DNA from: Dehalococcoidia bacterium
Lineage (GTDB): Bacteria; Chloroflexota; Dehalococcoidia; Lucifugimonadales; UBA3495
Direction: 5' to 3'
NCBI GenBank assembly: GCA_965218875.1
Contig: CBDCMJ010000001.1
Location: forward strand, 2,840-66,839
DNA: 64,000 nucleotides
Below, piece by piece: positions 54,224 through 61,941 of this stretch. The position numbers and the translations under genes were made by a program. Position 1 is the first letter of the stretch. The number at the start of each line of letters is the position of its first letter. Under the pieces are notes generated by a model, which made no database searches, was not told where the DNA came from, and saw only the letters and a program-made list of their open reading frames with translations.

Positions 54224-55495
54224 ACGCAGGTCTCCGGTCTTGCTTATGACGTTGGGGAACGGGTTGCCGCCCGGCGCCGGACGCACTCCGCCCACGGTGA
54301 GACGCGCAACGGAGAGCGCAGGAAGGCAGGGTGAGGGTTGGAGCAAGACGCAGCTCGGGAACGCGAACCCTGGAGACTGCTATGAGGGAGAGTTGGAGAG
54401 GGACGAAGCTGGAGATATGGCTTTACCCCCGGCGGCGGACGCACTACGCCCTGATCTGGCATTGGCATGGAAGCCGATGGGGGCTGGAGAATGGCGCAGT
54501 TCGCACAGGGTCGGTTCGCGAGGACGCGAAACCCGGGAAGCTGCTACGAGGGGGAATAGGAGGGGGAATTGGAGAGGAACGCAGTCCGGCCAGTGGCTAC
54601 GTCGTCAGCCACCGCACCGGGGAAACTGCGCTGCAACGGTAAGCGTCCGGTCTGCTATTGCGGTGCGACCGGAGCAAGAGGAAGCTGCGGTGCCGCTGCC
54701 TGGGTCCAGCAGCTACGCCGCAGTCGCGGGGAAGCAGCCGGAGCTTGATGTCCGTTGCAACCGCAGAGTGCAGAGAGTGCGAAGCAGGTTCAGCCGCTCC
54801 GCAGTGAAACCGAAGAGTAAGGGTCGAGGGTCCTGGGTCGCCAGTCAGAGTCTGGGGTCACCTCCTGTCAGTGGGACTGCCGTGAGTTCAGGGTCTGCCG
54901 TCAAAAGGGATTCCCGGGTTGCCGTCTTGTGTCTGTCTGCCACCTCCGTGATTCTGGTCCTTGTTGTGGGGATGCCGCGCCGTGGGTAGGGACCTGGTGA
55001 AGCGCACCGTGCACTTCCGTAGTAAGGGATGCTGTGCCGTGGTTAGGGATACCTGGTGATGCGCCGCCGTGCGCCTCGATGGGATAAGGATACCGTGCCT
55101 TGGTTAGGGATGCCGGGTGAAGCGCACCGTGCGCCTCGGAAATATCCCTCGCGGACGCCCATCGGGAGAGCAAGGCTCAATCCTTCTGAGTCAATCCGGC
55201 TGGGGCGGGCCGTTCGGAGAGCAGGGCTCAATCCTATGCGGCCAGTCCCGGGTCCAGGGACGGGACCCTCCAGGTTTCTAGGGCGGGAAACGCTGGAAAA
55301 AGCCTGACAACGCAATCTAGTATCCGGCACCTGTCGGGGATGCGGCAAGGGTTTTACCGTCCCGGCGCCGAAAGTGTTCACAGAAATCTAAGTGCCAGAT
55401 CCAGGCGCCGGCGCCGACACATCGCCCGGTGCTAGAATGACCGGGCTGCGCCAGGCAAAGCGCAGCGACCACAACCATTAACCAGAGAACGAGGA
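54224..55495 (-). other. Conserved non-coding, repeat- and hairpin-rich region, ICE copy B
   Basis: It is the inverse homolog of 26804-27871. It contains the identical 65-nt block (55246-55310), the hairpin 54685-54723, and three 57-61-nt tandem units (54980-55139) that carry GCGCAC-N-GTGCGC-type palindromes. Confidence 0.6.
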
Positions 55496-56626
55496 ATGCC
55501 AAGGCCAACACCACACCAACAAGCAATCTCCATCATCGAAAGACTGGCCGCTGACAACCTGGGCGGGTCTCTCGAAGCCACGGCGAACTGCAACCAGTGC
55601 TCCGAGGAGCTGACCATCAACCTGGTGAAAAGCGTCGCCGGAATCCACCGGGACAAGCGGGTCGGAACCGTGCAGCCTGACCTCGCCTTGCTCGACGCCG
55701 AGGAAGAACCTGTCAGATTCATCGAGGTCGTGGACAGCCACGCGCCCGAGAGCAACGTCCACGAGTACGCCCTGGCCCACGGCATCGAGATAGTTGAGAT
55801 ACATCTCCGGGCGGGGAGGGAGTTCACCGGCAGGAGAAGGAACAAGGCCCTGGACGCCTCCCTGACGGTCAAGGCGAGACTGCGGGAACTAGCCGAGGGA
55901 CGGATTCGGATCGACGCCCACAACCTGCTGTGCCGGAAGCCGCCCTGCCAGGAGTGCGGAACGCCCCTGCCGCTGCGGACGGTCGCCATCAGGACCACCG
56001 ACTGCTGGCATTGCGGGCAGAACGTGAACGTGGCCGTGGGATACAAGGATGGTGACAGTCTCTGGCAGGACCTGTTCACAACCGAGGAGATGGAGTTCGC
56101 CCGGGAGAACGGCGTGACCCTGGAGCGAAGGTTCAGCGCCACCGCCGGGGAGAAATACCTGGCGAACATCTGCACCGGCTGCGACCAGATGCAAGGGAAC
56201 TGGTTTCTGTACGTGGACCCCTTCCACGACAGGTTCAATCTCTTCAGAACCGAGCGGCAGGAATACGGACCCTGCGACAAGTGCGCCACCCGCTACTGCA
56301 TGACCCACGGTGAATATCTCGACTACAGAGACACCGGCCAGTGCCCCGCCTGCCTGGAGGAAGCCGAGAGGGTCATGTGCGCCAACAACCCGGACCGGGA
56401 GTGCTTCTACCCAGACCGCTGCCAGCAGGACCGGTGCTACTTCGTCAACCGGGAACAGCAGCGGCTCCAAGCCCAGCAGGAGTGGGAGCGGCAGCACCAA
56501 GAGTGGGAACGGGAACAGCAGGGGCTTCGGAAGCAACAGCAGGAAAAGAACCGGCTGGAACACGAGCAACGACAACAGGAATGGGCGGAACTCAACGAGT
56601 GGTTCCGCAGACAGAGGGGTCAGTAA
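55496..56626 (+). CDS. CoiA-like/PD-(D/E)XK-like nuclease-fold N-terminus, multiple zinc ribbons and a Q/E/R-rich coiled-coil tail (present only in ICE copy B)
   Basis: VQPDLALLDAEEEPVRFIEVVDSH..HGIEIVEIHL resembles the CoiA/restriction-endonuclease-like core. There are at least five CxxC pairs (CNQC, CQEC, CWHC, CTGC, CDKC, CPAC). The tail is QQRLQAQQEWERQHQEWEREQQ... Confidence 0.5.
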   Translation: MPRPTPHQQAISIIERLAADNLGGSLEATANCNQCSEELTINLVKSVAGIHRDKRVGTVQPDLALLDAEEEPVRFIEVVDSHAPESNVHEYALAHGIEIVEIHLRAGREFTGRRRNKALDASLTVKARLRELAEGRIRIDAHNLLCRKPPCQECGTPLPLRTVAIRTTDCWHCGQNVNVAVGYKDGDSLWQDLFTTEEMEFARENGVTLERRFSATAGEKYLANICTGCDQMQGNWFLYVDPFHDRFNLFRTERQEYGPCDKCATRYCMTHGEYLDYRDTGQCPACLEEAERVMCANNPDRECFYPDRCQQDRCYFVNREQQRLQAQQEWERQHQEWEREQQGLRKQQQEKNRLEHEQRQQEWAELNEWFRRQRGQ

Positions 56627-56666
56627 GCCAAGCCAGCGCCGCCCTCCACGCCGGCACCGCCGCCGC

Positions 56667-57518
56667 CTAATTCCGCCACAGCCCCAGGGTCAGCACCCGC
56701 CGCGCCCAGCGCACCCGCACCAGCCCGGCCCGCTGGCACCTGACCTTCGCCAGCTCCCGCACCCGCCAGTTCAGTTGCTCGTTGCGGTCCAGGCCCCGCA
56801 GCGGCGCCGTCTCCGGCGGCAGCGTCAGCCCGTGCTCCTCCAGCATCGCCACCTCCAGCTCCAGAATCCGCGCCCGCCGCGACGCCCACGCCAACCCCCT
56901 GCCCCGGGGCGAGTGTCCCACCCACAGCTTGCGCCACTCGTCGATCAACTCCCAGGCCTCGCCGTAGACATCCTCGTCGTCGTCGGCAGGCTCCCTCATA
57001 ACCAGGTCGGGGTAACGCCTGGCAGCCCCGGCCCGCACCGTCCCGGCGCCGCCTGACCCCGCCTCCGGCGCCGCGCCGCGCCGTCCTCCCAGCCGCCGCT
57101 CCAACCGCTGCATCTCCTGGGCGAACTCCCGCCGCAGCGAATCCGCCACTGGACCGGCAAAATCCCCGCCGTTGCCGTTGTTGCTGCCCGCCGCCGACAC
57201 CAGCGCCCACTCTCCCGCCAGCTCGGCCACCCGTTCCTCCAACGCCCTGACCGTCTCCCGGTCCTCCTCCATCGCGGCGACGGCCCGCTGCAACAGCATC
57301 CGCTCCAACGCCTCCGCCAGGCGCTCCGACATCCGACCGGCCCCCTCGCTGCGCCACATGGTCTTGCGGTCTATGCCCAGCTCCTCCGCCGCCTTCGCCT
57401 GCCCCAGGTCTTTCACCAGGTCGTTCAACAACGCCCGCAGCCGCAGCTCCCGCAGGCTCTCGATGCTGGGGGTGCCATCCCCCGGCCATCCCGGTCGCAT
57501 CATCCTTGCCACCTCCAT
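56667..57518 (-). CDS. ICE-conserved regulator-like protein (copy B)
   Basis: It is the homolog of 25949-26803, and the start was chosen by alignment (MEVARMM..). It shares the C-terminal RRYPDLV..ILELEVAMLEEHGLTLPPETAPLRGLDRN. Confidence 0.55.
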   Translation of the reverse strand: MEVARMMRPGWPGDGTPSIESLRELRLRALLNDLVKDLGQAKAAEELGIDRKTMWRSEGAGRMSERLAEALERMLLQRAVAAMEEDRETVRALEERVAELAGEWALVSAAGSNNGNGGDFAGPVADSLRREFAQEMQRLERRLGGRRGAAPEAGSGGAGTVRAGAARRYPDLVMREPADDDEDVYGEAWELIDEWRKLWVGHSPRGRGLAWASRRARILELEVAMLEEHGLTLPPETAPLRGLDRNEQLNWRVRELAKVRCQRAGLVRVRWARRVLTLGLWRN

Positions 57519-57784
57519 GCTCGTGTTCCACAAGGAACATTTCCTGTAGGGGCGTGGAACATCGCCGCCGCCAGCGCCATGTTCCACCTGGAACAATCCG
57601 TAGCTGGCCCTGCCCCATGGCCCTGGAACCGGCCCTTCCCGCCAAGTGTTCACAACTTCCGCCCCGAACCCCCCGAAATACCCCCATTTCAGCTACGAAA
57701 CCGCCTTCATGCCCCATCCTGCCCAAAGTCCAAATCCCTGTACACGTCTATAACACCACGGTTGGGGCGTCGGGCGTCAGGTCT

Positions 57785-57835
57785 TATAGGGTGGTTCACG
57801 CGTGAACCAGGGGTTCATGGATGAACCACCCTATA
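57785..57835. promoter_or_regulatory. 51-nt nested palindrome upstream of the copy-B T4SS operon
   Basis: TATAGGGTGGTTCA-CGCG-TGAACC-AGG-GGTTCA-TGGA-TGAACCACCCTATA. It lies about 80 nt upstream of the ATG at 57915. Confidence 0.6.
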
Positions 57836-57914
57836 GGGGGTTGGAGTCGGGGCGGGCGGTCTCCACACTGGCTTGGCGAACATCGGTTCGCAATCCAAAC
57901 CGGAGGAGGCCGCC

Positions 57915-58535
57915 ATGTTCCGCAGATTCATCCCCAGGTCCGGCAAGGCCCGCCGCCTGATTCTCCTGGCGGGGGCCTTGCTGCTCACGGGCCTTTGCGC
58001 CGTCCCCATGAGCGGCGTCGCCCTGGCCCAGTCCCCGCCCCCCGACAGCGACACCGTCACCCTGGTCAACCGCGACCGGCAGATGGTGGAGCGGAAGAAG
58101 GAGGGCGATTTCGTGGCCCGCCCCGTCTTCAGCCGCCAGACCGATGTCCTCTTCTACGCCGTCCGCCATCCCGACACCGGCGACTGGCTCACCAGCACCT
58201 ACCGGGTCAGGGGCGGCGAGAAACACCTCTCCGAGGGCTGGGAGTACACCTTCGAGTACCCCGCCCTGGACGAGCAGCCCGAGCTCCACCCGGAACAGGC
58301 ATATCTCCTGGTGCTGGCCGTGCCCCGCACCGGCGGCGGCGACCACCACGTCTTCCACGCCCTGATTCCCGTCCACCAGCCCAACGGGTTGTGGGACAAG
58401 GTGCTGGGGGCCCTCGACCCCGACCGCTGGGCCCGGGCCGCCGCCAAGTGGGTCATCCAGGGTGTACACGGAACCCTGTGCGGCGTGGTGCAGAAGATTT
58501 CGGCCAGCGACCTCGACGAGTGCCGGGGAGGGTAG
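57915..58535 (+). CDS. Secreted T4SS-operon protein (copy B)
   Basis: It starts MFRRFIPRSGKARRLILLAGALLL.. and is the homolog of 24919-25542. Confidence 0.6.
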   Translation: MFRRFIPRSGKARRLILLAGALLLTGLCAVPMSGVALAQSPPPDSDTVTLVNRDRQMVERKKEGDFVARPVFSRQTDVLFYAVRHPDTGDWLTSTYRVRGGEKHLSEGWEYTFEYPALDEQPELHPEQAYLLVLAVPRTGGGDHHVFHALIPVHQPNGLWDKVLGALDPDRWARAAAKWVIQGVHGTLCGVVQKISASDLDECRGG

Positions 58536-58541
58536 GGATTT

Positions 58542-59522
58542 ATGAGCGACATCCTCACCGGAACTCCCCCGGACCTGACCTACCTGCATCCCTTCATCCA
58601 GCAGGCCTGGATGGTGGTGTGGGCCGTCACCTCCGGCGCCCTGGCGGTGATCCTGGGCTGGATGGGGCTGAGCTTCATCGTCCAGGAGCACCTGGGCCAT
58701 CACCAGTCGGGCTGGCGGGAGATGGTGCCCCGGCTCGTCCTGGGCCTCACCGCCGCCGCCTCGTCCCTCTGGTGGTGCGCCCTGGTCATCGACGTGGCCC
58801 ACGCCGTCTCCCAGTTCATCGCCGTCTCCCTGGACGTAACCCCCGGCGCCCTGCTGCGCGCTCCCCTGGAGCCGCTGCTGACCGCCGTCGAGACCGCCAA
58901 CACCGGGCTGGCGGTGTTCATCGCCCTGCTCTACCTGGTCTTCGGCTTCTTCGTCCTCTACCTGCTGGTGCAGATGATCCTACGCCTGGCCCTCATCGAC
59001 ATCCTGCTCTGCCTGGCCCCCATCGCCCTGGGGCTGTGGATTCTGCCCCACACCGCCGGTTGGGGAAAGCACTGGCTGCGGCTGTTCATGACCACGGTGT
59101 TCCAGCAGGCGGTGCAGCTCATCGCCGTGGCCCTGGCCTTCGCCTTTCTCGAAGACTTCGCCGCCATCGCCGCCTTTGAGCCCTCGGAGGACCTGGTGTG
59201 GAAGCTGCTGATGGCCATCGCCTTCATGTACCTGGCGGGGCGTGTCCCCTCGATGCTGGGGCACCACGGGACCTTCGACGCCTGGCTGCACACCCTCTAC
59301 TTCGGGATGTCCCTGCCCGGTTCGATGGTGCGCTCCGGCCGCGCCCTGGGGATGTTGGCCGGTGGGGCCGCCGGAGGACCGGCAGGCGCGGCAGCCGCGT
59401 CAGCGGCGACCGGCGCGGCCAGCGCCGCGGCCACCACGGCCGCCGGAGCGGTGAACTCGGCGGCCCAGGGCTCCACCGCTCCCGCCCAGAGCGGCCCGAC
59501 GCCAAGGAGCCAGGGGCCGTAG
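58542..59522 (+). CDS. VirB6/TrbL-like polytopic membrane protein (copy B)
   Basis: It is near-identical to 23932-24912. Confidence 0.65.
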   Translation: MSDILTGTPPDLTYLHPFIQQAWMVVWAVTSGALAVILGWMGLSFIVQEHLGHHQSGWREMVPRLVLGLTAAASSLWWCALVIDVAHAVSQFIAVSLDVTPGALLRAPLEPLLTAVETANTGLAVFIALLYLVFGFFVLYLLVQMILRLALIDILLCLAPIALGLWILPHTAGWGKHWLRLFMTTVFQQAVQLIAVALAFAFLEDFAAIAAFEPSEDLVWKLLMAIAFMYLAGRVPSMLGHHGTFDAWLHTLYFGMSLPGSMVRSGRALGMLAGGAAGGPAGAAAASAATGAASAAATTAAGAVNSAAQGSTAPAQSGPTPRSQGP

Positions 59523-59667
59523 CCAACAACCAGACCGACGACAGCCACCGGCGCGGACAGGTTTCGCGCCGGAACCGCCCAGGAGGTGGAGCCATGTGCC
59601 AGTAGATGTAGACACGGACCGGGCAAAGAAATACAGCCAACCAACCCGATCTCAAGGAGATAGAGAA

Positions 59668-59964
59668 ATGTCAGACCTGACACAGACCATATCGAACCTG
59701 GTGGGCATCCTGCTGGGCTTGGTGGGCGTCGTAGGCGTGGGTTACTTCATATACGGCGCCTACATGTACCTGACCGCCAGCGGCGCGCCCAACCAGATGG
59801 AGCGCGGCAAGGCCGCCATGATGACCGCCCTGGCCGGCATCGTGCTGGCCCTCGTCGCTTATGGCGTCGTTGAGCTGGTGATGAACGCCGTCGTCGGCAA
59901 CCCGGTGGACCCCACCGTGCCCGACCCCACGACCCGCATCGACCCCGGTACCGGCCACGTTTAG
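59668..59964 (+). CDS. TrbC/VirB2-like pilin-type protein (copy B)
   Basis: An AAGGAG ribosome-binding site is present. MSDLTQTISNLVGILLGLVGVVGVGYFIYGAYMYLTASGAPNQMERGKAAM. Confidence 0.6.
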   Translation: MSDLTQTISNLVGILLGLVGVVGVGYFIYGAYMYLTASGAPNQMERGKAAMMTALAGIVLALVAYGVVELVMNAVVGNPVDPTVPDPTTRIDPGTGHV

Positions 59965-59974
59965 GAGGGATGGA

Positions 59975-61594
59975 ATGAGAGAGCATGAAGTCCCCACCCA
60001 CGTGCAGGCCGAGGACAAGGTGCTGCTGTGGTTCACCTTTCCCCAGATCGTGGCGGTGGTGGCGGTGTGCGCCGTGGCCTACGGCGCTTACCACTACCTC
60101 CCCTTCGGCCCTATGGCGGTCCGCCTCGCCGTTGGCGTGCTGATCGGCGTGGTGGGCATCGCCCTGACCGTGGGCAAGGTGGGAGGCCGGGGGCTGCCCC
60201 TGGTGGCCGCCGACCTCCTCAAGTTCAACCTGGGGGCCAGGCGCTACGCCGGGTCCCCGCTGGAAATGACCAGGAGCGAGCCCCCCGTCCCGGTGGAGGC
60301 CAAGCCCGACCCCCTGCGGCTGCTGGCCAAGAAAGCGGCGAGCGGTGTAGGACGGGCGGTGAACGCTGCCCGCAAGATGGGGCGTGCCCCCTTCCGTCCC
60401 CACAGCTGGTTCGGCAAACGCCGCCGTCCGAAGGATGGAAATAACCAGCAGTTCAAGCCGGAGGAGACCAAACACAAGAAGCCCTGGAACCGCTTCCTGG
60501 CGGTGGCGGCCCTGGGACTGCTGGCCGTTGTCCTGCTGCCATCAACAGCCCTGGCCGACGACCCCGACGACGAGGACCCGGGCTGGCGGCTGGAGGAAAT
60601 CTACTTCGTGCCGCCCGACCCGGTGCCGGGACGCCGCATTTTCATCGAGCGGCTGGCCGTCTCCGGCGACACCGCCGCCGTCACACTGCGGGCGGCCCAC
60701 GACCTGGACCTGAAGGTCAGGGTCTTCGGCGGCAGGCAGGGCCGGACCCTGAAGATGGGGGCCAACACCAGCCTGACGGCGGGCCAGGCCAAAAGCTACA
60801 ACCTGACCCTGAACGGCCCGTCGCCGTCCTTCACCTTCTCCTGGGTGGACACCCTGGGGAGGTCCGGGGCGGTGACCCTGAAGAGCGACCAGATTCCCTA
60901 CCCCCTGCCGTCAGCGGACGGCGGGCTGTGCGACCTGAAGCTGACCTCCCTGGAATGGACGCCGGGCAGCATCTCCGGCGTCATCGCCTCGGAGTGCATC
61001 AGTGAGACCCGGTACGAGGAACCCCTGCCGGTGTACGGCGGCCACTTCAGCCAGACGGTCCCCTCCCTGCTGGACGCCTCGGTCACCCGCATCGTGGGGA
61101 CGGTCAACATAGCTGCCGGAAGCCACCGGGCCAGCACGCCCTTCGTCGCCGGCGGCCAGACCCGTTTCACCCTTCCGGTCGCCAACCGCAAGGCCACCCA
61201 CGGGGTGGAAATCACGGCGGAGTTGACGGCGACGCTGAACCTGCCGCTGCCGCCCATGTTGCAGACCACACATCACCCGGCCCGGACCGACGTGTATACC
61301 CGGCGGGTGAGCCTGTCCTGCGGCGAGGGTTCCTCGGTGACCAGGACCGTCCGTATCTACGTCTACCACCCGGAGCACGTGCGGGCCGTGGAGGTCCAGC
61401 GCGCTCCGGTCAGCCGAACCCGCCCGGAGACGGTTCCCCTGGCCCCGGCCACCGTATCGAGTACGGGGCAGGCTCTGGGCATGGGGGCCGACGATCCCTA
61501 CCAGGCACTGCACGTTCCCCCGCCCACACCCCCGCCGCCGAAGGCGGAGCAGGCTCCCGTTGGCGATTCCAGCTGGTGGAGTTGGCCGTGGTAG
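59975..61594 (+). CDS. PrgI/VirB3-like membrane protein with a large extracellular region (copy B)
   Basis: It has the same 539-aa length and the same N-terminus as 21874-23493. Confidence 0.65.
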   Translation: MREHEVPTHVQAEDKVLLWFTFPQIVAVVAVCAVAYGAYHYLPFGPMAVRLAVGVLIGVVGIALTVGKVGGRGLPLVAADLLKFNLGARRYAGSPLEMTRSEPPVPVEAKPDPLRLLAKKAASGVGRAVNAARKMGRAPFRPHSWFGKRRRPKDGNNQQFKPEETKHKKPWNRFLAVAALGLLAVVLLPSTALADDPDDEDPGWRLEEIYFVPPDPVPGRRIFIERLAVSGDTAAVTLRAAHDLDLKVRVFGGRQGRTLKMGANTSLTAGQAKSYNLTLNGPSPSFTFSWVDTLGRSGAVTLKSDQIPYPLPSADGGLCDLKLTSLEWTPGSISGVIASECISETRYEEPLPVYGGHFSQTVPSLLDASVTRIVGTVNIAAGSHRASTPFVAGGQTRFTLPVANRKATHGVEITAELTATLNLPLPPMLQTTHHPARTDVYTRRVSLSCGEGSSVTRTVRIYVYHPEHVRAVEVQRAPVSRTRPETVPLAPATVSSTGQALGMGADDPYQALHVPPPTPPPPKAEQAPVGDSSWWSWPW

Positions 61595-61920
61595 GGCGCA
61601 TCGCAACCATCCTCCTCGCCTCCGGCGCGGCGCTGGCCTCCGTGGCCGCCGCCGCGCCGGACGAGAGGGACAAAATGCTGGCGGCCTTCGACGCGGTGCT
61701 GACGGGCATGGCCTTCGCCGGGGTGGGCCTCTGCCTCTTCGCCATCGTCTGGGCCGGGTTCGTGCTGATGGCCGAGGGCGCCGAAGGCGAAGGGCCTGGG
61801 CGGGGAAAAGCCAGGAACGCCGTGATCATGGCCGTCGTCGGCCTGGTGGTGGTACTCCTGGCCAAGGCCATCGCCCTCGCATTGAACAGCAGGCTCGGCC
61901 CGATCCTGCCCATCCCATAG
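61576..61920 (+). CDS. Small integral membrane protein (copy B, GTG start)
   Basis: It is the homolog of 21548-21895. Confidence 0.6.
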   Translation: MELAVVGRIATILLASGAALASVAAAAPDERDKMLAAFDAVLTGMAFAGVGLCLFAIVWAGFVLMAEGAEGEGPGRGKARNAVIMAVVGLVVVLLAKAIALALNSRLGPILPIP

Positions 61921-61941
61921 AACCGGAAAGGAGATTCAACG

